From NCBI GenBank assembly GCA_963792365.1, contig CAWBVW010000001.1, forward strand, positions 912,592 through 976,591: a stretch of 64,000 nucleotides of DNA, given 5' to 3'. The notes under the pieces are model-generated. The model did not search any database. It was given only the letters and a program-made list of their open reading frames with translations, and was not told the DNA's origin. Each line of letters opens with the position of its first letter. Position 1 is the stretch's first letter. This stretch comes from an uncultured bacterium. GTDB lineage: Bacteria; Actinomycetota; Acidimicrobiia; Spongiisociales; ZC4RG35. Shown one piece after another: positions 18,954-30,010 of this stretch. Made by a program: the position numbers and the translations under genes.

Positions 18954-20480
18954 ATGGGCGAACTCATCGCGACGCTCGCGCTCGCTCAAGACAATGCCTT
19001 CGGCCAGCCCCTCGAATCACAACTGCGATCGTGCCTCTTGTCGGTCTGGATGGCGGAGGCGGCAGGATTGGACTCTGCGACTTGCGACACCGTGTACTGG
19101 GTCGCTCTGCTTCGATACATCGGTTGCACCGGACACGCGCACGAGGTGGCGACGCTGCTCGGCGACGAGATCGCCATCCGCGCTCAGACGCTCATACACG
19201 ACGCCGGCAACCCCGAGGAGGTCATGGCCGACGTGGTGGCATTCGCCACGGCCGGCAAGTCATCACCGGAGCGCGAAAAGATCGTCGCGATGATCGATGC
19301 CGGTGCCCACGAATGGGCCGTGTACAACTTCGCCTCGGGGTGTGAAGTCGGAGACATGTTCCTCCAACGCCTCGGGTTCGGACCGGCGGTGCGCGAACCC
19401 CTCGCCCACACGTTCGAACGTTGGAACGGGAACGGCTTCCCCAACCATGTCGGCGGGATGGACATCCCGCTCCCGATGCGGATCGTTCATGTGTGCCACG
19501 ACATGGAGGCCATCGGACGGCGCTTCTCGCCGGATCGGGCTCTCGACGCTGCCGCCGACCGTCGGGACCGCACCTATGACCCCGACCTCGCCGACCTCTT
19601 CGGCATCCACGGACTGGACTGGTTCAAGGAACTCGACAGTGTCGATCCCTGGGAGAGCGCTCTTGCCCGTGAACCGAAGCCACATCGCACGCTCACCGGC
19701 CCCGACCTCGACTCCGCCCTCGAGACGCTGGCCGATTTCATCGACCTGAAGTCGCCGTTCATGGCCGGGCACAGCCGGCGCTGCGCCGAGGTGGCGATGC
19801 TGGCGGCCGAGAACATCGGCCTGCCGGCGCGGGAGGTCGAGGCCGTTCGGAGGGCCGCACTGATCCACGAACTCGGGACCACCGCCATTCCGAATTCGAT
19901 TTTGGACAAGCCGCGTGCTCTCACCAGATCCGAGCGCGACCGGATGGAGCTTCACACGATGCTCACAGAACAGATGCTCAGCCGTTCGCCGCTGTTGGAA
20001 GATCTGAACTCGATCGCCTCCTGTCATCACGAGCGGTGCGATGGGACGGGCTACCACAAGCGCTCGACGCGCTCGACTCAGAGCGATGGAGCGTGCATCC
20101 TGGCGGCCACCGACGTGTTCGTGGGCATGACTACGGAGCGCGCTGATCGGCCGGCCCACGGCGAGGATCAGGCAGCAGCTGAACTCCGCCGCCTGGCATC
20201 TGCCGGATGCATCGATCGGACCAGTGCCGAAGCGGTTGTCGCAGCGGGCGTGGGTGATTCACGCCGAATCCGCCGAGAGCTCCCAGCAGGTCTCACACAA
20301 CGGGAAGCGGAGGTGCTTGGGCTGGCTGCGCGGGGGTTCACCACCAAGGACATCGCCGTGCGGCTGTTCATCTCCCCGAAGACGGCCGACCACCACATCC
20401 AGCACGTCTACACCAAGATCGGTGTGTCGACACGTGCGGCAGCAGCGTTGTGGGCCGTGGAGCATTCACTCGTCGGCTGA
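18954..20480 (+). CDS. HD-GYP-type HD domain protein fused to a LuxR-family HTH (regulator)
   Basis: HD-GYP signature ALIHELGTTAIP...SCHHERCDGTGYHKR; C-terminal LuxR HTH LTQREAEVLGLAARGFTTKDIAVRLFISPKTADHHIQHVYTKIGVSTRAAAA. Confidence 0.8.
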   Translation: MGELIATLALAQDNAFGQPLESQLRSCLLSVWMAEAAGLDSATCDTVYWVALLRYIGCTGHAHEVATLLGDEIAIRAQTLIHDAGNPEEVMADVVAFATAGKSSPEREKIVAMIDAGAHEWAVYNFASGCEVGDMFLQRLGFGPAVREPLAHTFERWNGNGFPNHVGGMDIPLPMRIVHVCHDMEAIGRRFSPDRALDAAADRRDRTYDPDLADLFGIHGLDWFKELDSVDPWESALAREPKPHRTLTGPDLDSALETLADFIDLKSPFMAGHSRRCAEVAMLAAENIGLPAREVEAVRRAALIHELGTTAIPNSILDKPRALTRSERDRMELHTMLTEQMLSRSPLLEDLNSIASCHHERCDGTGYHKRSTRSTQSDGACILAATDVFVGMTTERADRPAHGEDQAAAELRRLASAGCIDRTSAEAVVAAGVGDSRRIRRELPAGLTQREAEVLGLAARGFTTKDIAVRLFISPKTADHHIQHVYTKIGVSTRAAAALWAVEHSLVG

Positions 20481-21214
20481 CGCCGGAGACCAATGTCAAC
20501 CGACCACACGCCCGCCTGACGGAACGACTCCGCCGGAAGCCGCCGGAAGGCGATACAGTCGCAGCCGTGCCGCGCGCAACTCCAGTCCCTCGAGACAGGC
20601 CGACGCCACCTTTGGGCCGAGCGCTGTGGCGGGCAGGGCCACCGTTGATTCGCGGCGTTGCGAAGCTGGCGTTCTCGTACCGGGTCGAGACCCTCGCACC
20701 GCTTCCCGCGCCGCCGTTCGTGGTGGCCGCCAACCACTACTCGCACTTCGACCCGCCCGTCATAGGAGCGGCGTTGAGGACCACCATCCGCTACCTGGCG
20801 CTCGACGAGTTGGCCGACGCCTCCCGGTTTCTCGCATGGGTACTGCCCACGTTCGGCACCATTCCACTGTCCCGTTCGGCGTTGCCCATCGGGACACTCC
20901 GAGTGGCGCTGGCGAGACTCTCCCGGGGAGAGGTGGTGGGCCTGTTTCCCGAGGGCACTCGCGTCGCCCGTTGGGGCGACCGCGAACCCAAACGGGGTGC
21001 CGCCTGGCTGGCGTGCAAAGCCGGGGCGCCACTCGTGCCTGTGGCCGTGATCGGCACCGACCAGGTCCTGGGCATCGACAACCGTCTGTGCCGAGGCACC
21101 ATCCGGGTCGTCATCGGCCGGGCGATGGACCCGGATGGCGCCGACCCCACGAGCTTGACCGCCGACTGGTTCGACTGGGTGAATACACACCTTGGTGATC
21201 GATCCGTTACTTGA
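20450..21214 (+). CDS. lysophospholipid (1-acylglycerol-3-phosphate) acyltransferase, PlsC family
   Basis: NHYSHFD (HxxxxD) and FPEGTR motifs; start uncertain (overlaps upstream gene by about 30 nt). Confidence 0.7.
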   Translation: MGRGAFTRRLTPETNVNRPHARLTERLRRKPPEGDTVAAVPRATPVPRDRPTPPLGRALWRAGPPLIRGVAKLAFSYRVETLAPLPAPPFVVAANHYSHFDPPVIGAALRTTIRYLALDELADASRFLAWVLPTFGTIPLSRSALPIGTLRVALARLSRGEVVGLFPEGTRVARWGDREPKRGAAWLACKAGAPLVPVAVIGTDQVLGIDNRLCRGTIRVVIGRAMDPDGADPTSLTADWFDWVNTHLGDRSVT

Positions 21215-21243
21215 CTGCGATACGGTCGAGATGCGGCGGTCGC

Positions 21244-22083
21244 ATGATCAGGGGTGTAACACCGAAAGAAGCACCCGTGACAGCGAGCACACACCGCAGC
21301 GTGATGATGCTCGCCGCGCTCGCGCTCGTCACCGCATGTGGTGGCAGCGAGGCGAGCGTCGAACCGACCGTGTCGTCGCCTGTCTCGTCGATGGCGACGA
21401 CGCCGACCCCGACCACCTTCGGGGACTCTGTGACCCCCACGACACTCGCCACAACGACCACCGAGACTCCGACCACGTCGACCACCGACGACGAAACAAC
21501 CACGACCATCGAGCCCGGTGTGGTCGTCGACATCGGACCGGTACACGGTGATGTCCTCGGGGTCGATGTGCTCAACGTCCGTTCCGGTCCCGGAGTCGAT
21601 TGCGCCATCGCCGGCAAGCTCTCGCCGATCGCCGCCAACGTCGTGGCCCTCGGCGAGACACGATCTATTCCAGGGGCCCTGTGGATCCGAGTGAGGATCG
21701 GTGCCGTGGAGGGATGGATCAACCTCCGCTATGTCGCATATCTCGGAGATACGAACGACATCACCTCCCACGTGATCGACCAACTCGGCGAGACCCCGGA
21801 GGCCGAGACCATGGTCGACCTGGGACGGCTGGTCGCCGAAGCCATCGGTAAGGCCGGCGGCGAAAGCGATACCGACATCGAACCCGTGATGTCCGTGGCG
21901 CCTTCGGTCGGTGATCTGGGAGAGGTGACGTTCGACGTCATCGGTTTTGCCGACGACAGCGTCAGAGGATCCCGATTGCACGTGTTCGGCACACCGTCGG
22001 AGAGCGGTGAAGGTTTCGTTCTCGGGGCCGTGGAGGCAACCGCCCTGTGCGCCCGAGGGGTGAGCGACGGTTCGTGCGTTTGA
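21244..22083 (+). CDS. lipoprotein with bacterial SH3-like domain
   Basis: Lipobox LALVTACGG, Thr/Pro-rich linker, SH3b-like LNVRSGPGVDCAIAGKLSPIAANVVALGETRSIPGALWIRVRIGAVEGWINLRYV. Confidence 0.65.
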   Translation: MIRGVTPKEAPVTASTHRSVMMLAALALVTACGGSEASVEPTVSSPVSSMATTPTPTTFGDSVTPTTLATTTTETPTTSTTDDETTTTIEPGVVVDIGPVHGDVLGVDVLNVRSGPGVDCAIAGKLSPIAANVVALGETRSIPGALWIRVRIGAVEGWINLRYVAYLGDTNDITSHVIDQLGETPEAETMVDLGRLVAEAIGKAGGESDTDIEPVMSVAPSVGDLGEVTFDVIGFADDSVRGSRLHVFGTPSESGEGFVLGAVEATALCARGVSDGSCV

Positions 22084-22106
22084 GTTGCTCGGTCGCCGGG
22101 TGGTGA

Positions 22107-23050
22107 TTGCGGGCGCCCAGCGCTGCGGCTTGCCCGGAACCGATCCACGCCGACCTGCTCGAGCCCCGATGGCCTTCGCCGGTGGACGTGACCGCATGTC
22201 TGCTGGACGGTGACCCTTCCATCCGATGGCAGGTCCTTGCCGACCTCGAGGGTGCGACGCCGGCTGCCGTGGCGTACGAGCGGACCCGGGTCGAACACGA
22301 AGGATGGGGCGCTCGACTCCTCTCACTTCAGGACCCGAACGGGCTGTAGGCGGCGGCGCTTGTTTCGCCGGCGACTTCCCGGGTGAGGAGGCAGGCCAGC
22401 CTTGGACAGCCACCATGCACACACTGCAGACGCTTCAGATCCTGGGACTGGATCCGGCGTCAGAATCTGCTCGCCGTGCCGTCGAGTTGGTGGCCGAGAA
22501 CGGGCGGTGGGAACACGATGGCCAGCGTTGTTTCGACGGCGACGTGGAACCGTGCATCAACGGCCGGACGATCTAGACGGGGTCGGATTTTGGTGTCGAC
22601 GTGGCACAGATCGTGGAACGGATCCTCACGGAGCGCCTGGCCGAGGGTGGGTGGAACTGCGAGGCCGAGAACGGGTCGGTGGTGTCGTCGATCGACACCA
22701 CCATCAACGTGCTCGATGGCCTGGCTGAGTTCGAGCGGGCAACCGGTGGTTCGCTCGAGGTGGTCGAAGCGCGGCGCAGTGGCGAGGAGTATCTGCTGGA
22801 ACGACGGCTGTTCCGCCGCAAGACCACGGGTGAGGTGGCCGACCCGACATTCCTCGACATCGCGTTCCCCTACTACTGGCGGTACGACGTGCTGCGGGCG
22901 CTCGACTACTTTCGGCGCACCGGGGCGCAGCGCGACTCGCGGATGGAAGAGGCTGTCGAGCTGGTTCGACCGAAACGCGGGCCCGACGGACGGTGGCTCC
23001 GAGACCGGATACATCCCGGCAGAGCCTTCTTCGACATCGAGGGACCGAAT
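22107..23050 (+). pseudogene. frameshifted paralog of the 50398..51333 gene (prenyltransferase/terpene-cyclase-repeat-like protein)
   Basis: Three consecutive ORFs (22107..22349, 22226..22576, 22601..23050 part) together align, at about 75-85% aa identity, along the 311-aa product of 50398..51333; two frame changes near 22340 and 22580; C-terminus diverges. Confidence 0.75.
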
Positions 23051-23056
23051 GACTCC

Positions 23057-23641
23057 TCATCGGTGATGAGGGAACCAGTACATGCTGCACAACTCCAGGT
23101 TGTCCATCGCGTCCGGCTTTCCGAGTTCCTCGAGCTCACGTTGGATCGATCCTCGCCACTCGGTGAGCTCCTCAGAAGTGTCCTGGATTCCGATCCAGCC
23201 GACGAGGTTGTACGTGGCGATCCGGTTCGCAGAACGCTTGGGATCCTTGAGGCCGCTGAAGAAGATCGGGGGGCGCGGCTTCTGCACCGGCTTGGCGCCG
23301 AACCCACACGGATCGAAATCGGCAAAACTCGCCGTGGACTCGATCAAGTCGTTCGTCCAGATGCCCTCCGTGATCTCCGACGTCTCACGCACGTGCTTGT
23401 GGCGTTTGGGGAAGATGTGTGCGGCGCTTGCCGCTGCGCACTCCTCGGGCATCCAGCCGGATCGGACACCCACGTTGAGCCTGCCATAGGAGAGCTGGTC
23501 GACCGTGGCGAGTTCGGCTGCGAGCACCCCCCATGCCACGTCCACACCATCATCGCTTCGGCCAACGACTAGTGCCTGCTCATCGACGACGACTGGGACC
23601 GAATCGCAGCCTGGTACCACGTCGGCACCCCTCGGAGCCAA
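23057..23641 (-). pseudogene. N-terminally truncated LLM-class (luciferase-like) flavin/F420-dependent oxidoreductase fragment
   Basis: Only the C-terminal two-thirds of an LLM fold is present (..LNVGVRSGWMPEE..PPIFFSG..ATYNLVGW..); the TIM-barrel N-terminus is missing and the gene abuts the pseudogene above. Confidence 0.5.
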
Positions 23642-23802
23642 GGCATCTCAGCCGATGATTCACCAGACGCCTCTGCTCGTGTTCGGTCATCGAGGTCTCC
23701 TTCCCGTTTCGGAGAACCCGAGATGTAAACAAGCTCCGTCAGTTCCAGATCTCGGGTCTCGCCCGTGCTTGATAGCGTAGGTCGGCCTGGATCAGGAGAG
23801 CT

Positions 23803-25221
23803 GTGATGACGGAAGACGAACGGTGGGACTCCGAGTTCGATGTAGTTGTTGCCGGCGCCGGTGGGGCCGGGTTGGCGGCCGCGATCGAAGCCGCAGAAGC
23901 CGGGGCGAGCACCGTCGTCTTTGAGAAGCAAGGGAAGATCTGGGAGTCCTCAACCGCCATCAACGTGGGCATGGTGGCTTTTGCCGGAACCGAGGTGCAA
24001 GAGCGGCTGGGCATCGAGGACTCGAGCGAGCTGCTGTACCAGGACCTGCTGGCGGTGGGAGGCGGCAAGAACATCCCCAGCCTGGTCCGTACCTACGCCG
24101 ACCATCAACTGGACACCTACCACTGGCTGACGGACATGGGGGTGCAGTGGGCGGAGGCGACCACCGCCGCCGCCGGCATGAGCCGTCCCCGCGGGCATTT
24201 CTCCGACCCACTCGACATGGTGCGGATCCTCAAGCGCGAAGCGGAACGGCGGGGAGCCACGGTCCTCTACCACTGCGCCGTCACCGGGCTCATCACCGAC
24301 GCCAGCCGGCGGGTGGTCGGCGTCGAGTTGCGGGACCGAAGGAACGAGACCCGCGTCCGGGCCCACGGCGGGGTGGTACTGGCCACCGGTGGATTCGCCC
24401 GTTCCCCCGAGCGTCTGGCCGCCATCGATCGGCGCTTCATCGGAATGGCGGCGACAACCGGAGCAGGCCACACCGGCGATGCCCTGCGCATGGCGGAGCC
24501 GCTGGGCGCCTTCTTCCGTGACATGGAGTACGTCAAGCCGAGCTACGAGCTGCACGTGACCGGGGACTCCGCCACCGAGATCTGCCTCGTCTTCTACCTG
24601 GGGGCCATCATCGTCAACCGGGAGGGACGGCGTTTCGTAAACGAGTCCATCCCCTACAAGGACATCGGGATGGCTTCGATCGACCAGACCGACGGCGTGG
24701 GATTCATGGTCTTCGACCAGAAGATCTTCGACCGGGCGGTGGAGAACACCCGCAACGCCTCGTCCGCCATTCCCCCCGAGAACGTGGTGTCAGGACTAGA
24801 CGAGTCCAGGATCCGACTGCTGGTCAAGGCGGACACCATCGAGGAACTCGCCGACCGCATGCACGTACCGCGCCAGCAACTGGTCGACACGGTGGAGCGG
24901 TACAACGGTTTCGTCGACGCCGGTGCCGACCCCGAGTTCGGTCGCAGCCACCTGTCGGCCAACATCGGCACCCCGGTGAAGATCGAGACGCCGCCCTTCT
25001 ATGCGTACGAAGCCAAGAGCCACTTCCTCGCCACCTATGCCGGACTGGCGATCGACGACAGCATGCGGGTCCTGACGCCCGACGGCCACATCGAAGGGCT
25101 ATACGCTGCCGGGGAGGCGATCGGCGGGTTCCACGGAGCGAGCTATCACTCCGGGGCCGCCGTGGGGCAGGCGCTCATCTTCGGACGCATCGCCGGCAGA
25201 CAGGCCGCGCACGGGACGTGA
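23803..25221 (+). CDS. FAD-dependent oxidoreductase (fumarate reductase/succinate dehydrogenase flavoprotein-like, KstD-like)
   Basis: N-terminal dinucleotide-binding motif DVVVAGAGGAGLAAAIEAAEAG; C-terminal GLYAAGEAIGGFHGA typical of this family. Confidence 0.85.
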   Translation: MMTEDERWDSEFDVVVAGAGGAGLAAAIEAAEAGASTVVFEKQGKIWESSTAINVGMVAFAGTEVQERLGIEDSSELLYQDLLAVGGGKNIPSLVRTYADHQLDTYHWLTDMGVQWAEATTAAAGMSRPRGHFSDPLDMVRILKREAERRGATVLYHCAVTGLITDASRRVVGVELRDRRNETRVRAHGGVVLATGGFARSPERLAAIDRRFIGMAATTGAGHTGDALRMAEPLGAFFRDMEYVKPSYELHVTGDSATEICLVFYLGAIIVNREGRRFVNESIPYKDIGMASIDQTDGVGFMVFDQKIFDRAVENTRNASSAIPPENVVSGLDESRIRLLVKADTIEELADRMHVPRQQLVDTVERYNGFVDAGADPEFGRSHLSANIGTPVKIETPPFYAYEAKSHFLATYAGLAIDDSMRVLTPDGHIEGLYAAGEAIGGFHGASYHSGAAVGQALIFGRIAGRQAAHGT

Positions 25222-25297
25222 TCGGATCCCTGCGGAGGAGCGGCGGGGCGCCCGTGCATGATCGGAGGTAGTCCGCCCTTGTGCTCGCCCCGCTCCC

Positions 25298-25618
25298 TCA
25301 GTCTCGACCTTCGACGAGAAAATTACGGGTCACCGCAGCAGCGTGGCGAAGGGGTATGAGCGCCTGATACGCATCCGACTCGTACCAATCCCGTGCATGA
25401 TCGAGGCTCGGGAATTCGATGACCACGGTTCTCTGCGGAGGGGCATCGCCTTCGAGTGGTTCGATCCTGCCTCCACGAACCAGGATTCTCCCCCCGTATG
25501 CAACGAGGGTTCCAGGCACCTTCGCGGCGTATTCCCGGTATGTATCCGTGTCATGCACATCGACTTGAGCGATCATGTAGCCGTTTGCCATCGTTTCCTC
25601 CGGGTTTGTGTCCGCCAT
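25298..25618 (-). CDS. DUF1330 domain protein
   Basis: 106 aa; YMIAQVDVHDTDTYREYAAKVPGTLVAYGGRILVRGG...VVIEFPSLDHARDWYESDAYQ matches the DUF1330 family. Confidence 0.75.
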   Translation of the reverse strand: MADTNPEETMANGYMIAQVDVHDTDTYREYAAKVPGTLVAYGGRILVRGGRIEPLEGDAPPQRTVVIEFPSLDHARDWYESDAYQALIPLRHAAAVTRNFLVEGRD

Positions 25619-25990
25619 CGCGGTTCATGCTGGCGACTGGATGGCGCCATTCCCGATCGCCGTGTCCCTCGCCATACTCGAGAGACTCGCGGCCCCGCGA
25701 GGTCATCGTCGCCATCTTGAAGGCGCAGCTTAAGTGGTGCCGCGCACCACTCGAGCCCGCCGCAGGTCTCAATGACGCGTCGCTCTTCGGACTACCCGAC
25801 GTGGATGTGTTGGGTCTCGACGACATCGCGGGTGGCCCGCCGCGGGTGCATACGTCGGCCAGAACTCCGCACCAGCGGCAACCGTCGGGCGGTGACATCC
25901 CTGCCCAGAGCACTGCTCACCGACGCCCCGGGACCGTGGAGAGCGACCTGTTAGCGTCGCCCGTCGAGCCTCACCCTGGGATGCGCAATC

Positions 25991-26973
25991 ATGGATTTCA
26001 ACCTGCATGCTTCGACGACATCGGCGAAGACCTACTTCCAGAGGGTGCAGCTGGCCGAAGAACTGGGCTATCGAGGCCTGTACATCGGCGAAGGCCAACT
26101 CGACATCCTCAACCCCTTCCAATTGATCGCAGCCGCCCGCTTCGTATCCAGCGACATCCATCTGGGCACGGCGACGACCAACATCGTCTTCCGTGACCCC
26201 ACCCTGCTGGCCGGGGAGGCAGGCACCGCCAACCAACTGATCGGTGGTCGATTCGTGCTCGGCATCGCCACCGGCGACTCCGCCGCCTATCAACTCGGTC
26301 GCAGGATCACCAAGATCGCGGAGATGGAAGAGGCCACGAAGACGATTCGTGCACTGCTGAGCGGAGAGAGCCTCGAGACACCGTCGGGTCCAGTGCCTCT
26401 GCGATTCCCGGTGGGTGACACGGTGCCTCCCATCTACTTCGCCGTCGAGGGCCCGAAGGGCCAGCGGGCGGCCGGCAGGGTCGCCGACGGAGTCATGATG
26501 GGCACCGGGTTCGACCTCGATCTGATCGACACCGTCCGGTCGCGAGTCGCCGAAGGTGCCGAGGAGGTGGGCCGGGACCCCGCTTCCATCGACCTCATGG
26601 CAGCCGGGATCATCTACGTGTCGGACGAGGTGCGGACGCACGTACGCGGGCGCGACGCCGGCTCGCCAACCGCGCCCACCACAACTTCCGCCTTACGCTG
26701 GACTCCGTGCCGGAGGGGGAACGTCCGGGCGTGCAGCGGTTCATGGACAACTTCGACATCAGCCGGCCGCTCGAAGACCGAGTTCCGCCCGAGTTCGTTT
26801 CCGACTACCTGGTCCAGCGGTTCTCGATCGCCGGCACCCCTGCGGAGTGCATCGAGCAAGTCGAGGAACTGGCATCGATCGGAATCAGCAACTTCCTGCT
26901 GACGCCGCCCGAGTACGCCTGGGAAGAAGTCTCTCGGCGTTGGGCCGAGGACGTGATGCCGAACGTGGGATGA
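25991..26973 (+). CDS. LLM-class F420/flavin-dependent oxidoreductase (apparent frameshift near 26650-26710)
   Basis: ORF 25991..26902 has the LLM N-terminal and central regions; the authentic C-terminus (..FSIAGTPAECIEQVEELASIGISNFLLTPP..) is in ORF 26707..26973 in another frame. Confidence 0.7.
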
Positions 26974-27328
26974 GCTCGCAGCCGCAGGCGTGTTTGTCGA
27001 CATCCCTTGTAGCTGGGCATGTTCGGAATGGCCCACGTGCAGAGATGCATGAAGCGATTCCGCGATTGGGCTCGACGTCGGACTCGAGCCCGCTGCCGTC
27101 CACGGTCGCCCTCAGCGTGGATGCACTCGTGATCCAAAGGCCGTGTCGCCGTATCGGCGTTGTCATCGACGGATCGATTGATGTCTGCGACCTGCACAGC
27201 CCGGATCGAACCGAGACCATCGGACCGCGAATGCACACTATCGCCCACCGCCACACCCCGCGCGGCTGTGGTCCCGTCCGCTCATCATGGGATACCGTCG
27301 AAGTAAATCAGACGCTTGCCGGCCGGCG

Positions 27329-30010
27329 TCAGAGAGCGTCAACCCCGCTGTCGGGGAACCAGTCCATCACCTCGGGCTGAACCACGGCAACCTGCTGCCA
27401 ACCGCCCCGCTTCCGAATGGCCAGATCGGTACGAACGCGATGACGTTTGCGCCTCGAGATCACGTAGACCTTCTGATCGGTCGCGACCCGTACCATCTTC
27501 CCCTCCACCGAGGCAGGGGTGGTACTCGACGTGAGCCTGTAGTTCGCGAACGAATTCACTGTGCTCACGAGCTCCCACCCGCCCAGCACTTCGACCACCA
27601 CCTCGCTCGGGACCGGCCGGAGGACGTGATCGGCGTCGACCCACCACACGGTCATGGAGTCTTTCTCTCGCAGCATCTTGCCGGCGATCGTGACCTGCTC
27701 TCCACTTTCGGGGTGCTTAGTGATGATATCGGCAGTTGCGCTCCCGCCAATGCCCGACAGGTAGAAGAATCGCTTCATCTCCTCGCGATCCTCCGGGTCG
27801 GGTGGCTGCGTTCTCACGAGGTGACGCTTGCCGCCCCGGACCCACCACGATCGTTGATCCGGGCTCACACCGAAGATCGTCTTTCCTTCGATCGAGGGCG
27901 GCGTCGGGCTCGGAGGGAAAGCGCTGGAACGCCTCTCCCGCACAGGTCCGATGGTCAGGAACGGCCTGGATTCCGCCGAGATCTCATAGCTGAGCCCGCT
28001 GTGGATCCACGCATCGGGAGCGGAGTTCGCGTCCTTTCGCACCAGAAAGCCCTCCCACGCCACGATCGTTGCCGCTGGCGCGATGTCGAAGCTCAGGTCA
28101 GCACCGACATCGTCGTCGTAGTCGAAGCCTGACGGAAAGTCATCGAGAAACCCGTCGATCTCGGTACGGAGGTCGTCATAGACGAGCGGATCCTGGAAGA
28201 AGACAGGGCTCAACAGATGTGTCAGGTCTTCGACTTCGAGCAGAACCGGAACCGGCTCGGACTCCGAGCCCACCGATCCCCGCGAGCTGACGTCGAGCCC
28301 GCTGCCGCTCTTCGACGAGTCGCTCGACTCCTGATCGGTGCTCCCGCTGACGGACGCCGAGCCACCGCCCTCGGGTGTGTGGAAACCGACATCCAGCGAC
28401 TGTTCCTGGCTCGTTCCGTGTGTCATCGACTCCGACACCGACTCCTCGGTTTCGTGTCGCTGCTCCCACGCCTTTGAGCCAAAGCTGATGGCGTGGGCGT
28501 AGTGTGTGCCGAAGCGCCCGAAGAACTCCATGATCCGCTCGGGCCTCGGGTCTAGGGCAAGCGACGCCACGGCCGACCGAAACGCCGGCGCGAGCTGTAC
28601 GGTGGCGAGGTCGACGACGATGTTGTGGGACAGGTTCATGGTCTCGGTGATCGTCGACACGGTCTTCCCGGACGATGCCGAGCTCAACTCGCCGTGCGCC
28701 TTGCTGTTGTTCTTGTACGCCACCTTCGCCCCGAACGCATCCCCTTCGGCGGAGATGCCCAGCGAGGTGGCCCAGGTCTGACGTGACTCCTCGTCCGAAA
28801 ACGCCGAGGTGGTCCTCCCCTTGTTGGTGCCTGAGACGTCACCGGCGAATTGCCATCCGTTCGGCACGACGGTGGCCTTTCCGTTCGTTGCGACGTGGAA
28901 GTCCCGGCTACCCGGAGGAGGCGAACGGAACACCTCCTGTCCAAGTGCGCCACTCGCCTCCTGCAGATTGAAGGGGGCGAGGCGCGAGATGTCGATTCCG
29001 CGGAAAGCCCACGCCAGGTAGTCCACGCGTTCGTTGAGGCTGAACACGTTGTCCCACGTCGGACCATCTTGTGCCGCAGGCGCCGGTCGGGGCGCGGCGG
29101 TGTATACGCTGCCGTCCTCGAACACGACACGAAGCTCCGCTCCGAGGTGGACCTCGACAGACCCGTATGAGTCGACCGGTTCGCCAGAACCCGGGTCGGC
29201 GCGGTGTGCCTCGAAAGCGTGAGACGACACCGTGCCATCGAGGGTCGAGACGACCAACGTGTCGTCCCACTGGTCGATCCGGCGCACGTCCACCCGCCGG
29301 TGATTCGGGTTCGGGCGCTTCGACTCCGGTGTCGGATCTCCCACGTGATCGATCCGGCCCGCGTTTTGATCCGTCTCCGAAGGCGCCTTCGGCACCCTAT
29401 CCTCGTCGAGTCGTGGCGGTCGTCCGGCGTCGACCGTGGGGACGATCCGCAGGCCGCTGGCCGAGGTTATGGCGGTCGGTCCCCGGCCATCGACCATGAA
29501 CCGCACACCGATTCCCCGGATCGCCAAGCGGTCGTAGTGGCCGAACAGCCCGCACGCACGCGGATTGAGCGGTCCGATGTCTTCTCCGCGTCGGTCGAGC
29601 ACCTTGGCGGGGATGAGTTCGTACCAGTCGCCCATTGGGACGCCGCCTGTCAGTTCCAGGCGGCCGTCCTGGGTGGCAATCCCGATCGAGTGGATCAGTC
29701 CGGACTGGTACCCGTAGAGCCCGTTGACCACGTCGTCCTCACCCAACGCCACGACTTCGTCGGGGTCAACCGAATTCGGATCGATCCCACCCACGACCGG
29801 CGAGACGAAGAGCTCGCCTGCGGCAGTCCGCCACGTCACCTGAAATGCCCTGACAACCGTGAGTGTCTGCCCGACTTCGTTACTGGGAATCGTGCCGTGC
29901 CAAACCCTGAACTGACGCACCTGTGAATCCTCGCCCCAGTTCAAGCTGAAGTGACGTCCGGTCGATTGGCCGTGGAGGGGTGATCGGAACACGTACCTCC
30001 CAACGCTCAT
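27329..30010 (-). CDS. jacalin-like lectin + MACPF (perforin-like) domain protein with two C-terminal repeats
   Basis: N-terminal beta-prism/jacalin-like glycine pattern; central FFGRFGTHYAHAISFGS matches the MACPF signature [YF]G[TS]H[FY]x6G[GS]; C-terminal duplicated about 45-aa module (EGK..DQ..GxKRHxVRT). Confidence 0.65.
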   Translation of the reverse strand: MSVGRYVFRSPLHGQSTGRHFSLNWGEDSQVRQFRVWHGTIPSNEVGQTLTVVRAFQVTWRTAAGELFVSPVVGGIDPNSVDPDEVVALGEDDVVNGLYGYQSGLIHSIGIATQDGRLELTGGVPMGDWYELIPAKVLDRRGEDIGPLNPRACGLFGHYDRLAIRGIGVRFMVDGRGPTAITSASGLRIVPTVDAGRPPRLDEDRVPKAPSETDQNAGRIDHVGDPTPESKRPNPNHRRVDVRRIDQWDDTLVVSTLDGTVSSHAFEAHRADPGSGEPVDSYGSVEVHLGAELRVVFEDGSVYTAAPRPAPAAQDGPTWDNVFSLNERVDYLAWAFRGIDISRLAPFNLQEASGALGQEVFRSPPPGSRDFHVATNGKATVVPNGWQFAGDVSGTNKGRTTSAFSDEESRQTWATSLGISAEGDAFGAKVAYKNNSKAHGELSSASSGKTVSTITETMNLSHNIVVDLATVQLAPAFRSAVASLALDPRPERIMEFFGRFGTHYAHAISFGSKAWEQRHETEESVSESMTHGTSQEQSLDVGFHTPEGGGSASVSGSTDQESSDSSKSGSGLDVSSRGSVGSESEPVPVLLEVEDLTHLLSPVFFQDPLVYDDLRTEIDGFLDDFPSGFDYDDDVGADLSFDIAPAATIVAWEGFLVRKDANSAPDAWIHSGLSYEISAESRPFLTIGPVRERRSSAFPPSPTPPSIEGKTIFGVSPDQRSWWVRGGKRHLVRTQPPDPEDREEMKRFFYLSGIGGSATADIITKHPESGEQVTIAGKMLREKDSMTVWWVDADHVLRPVPSEVVVEVLGGWELVSTVNSFANYRLTSSTTPASVEGKMVRVATDQKVYVISRRKRHRVRTDLAIRKRGGWQQVAVVQPEVMDWFPDSGVDAL

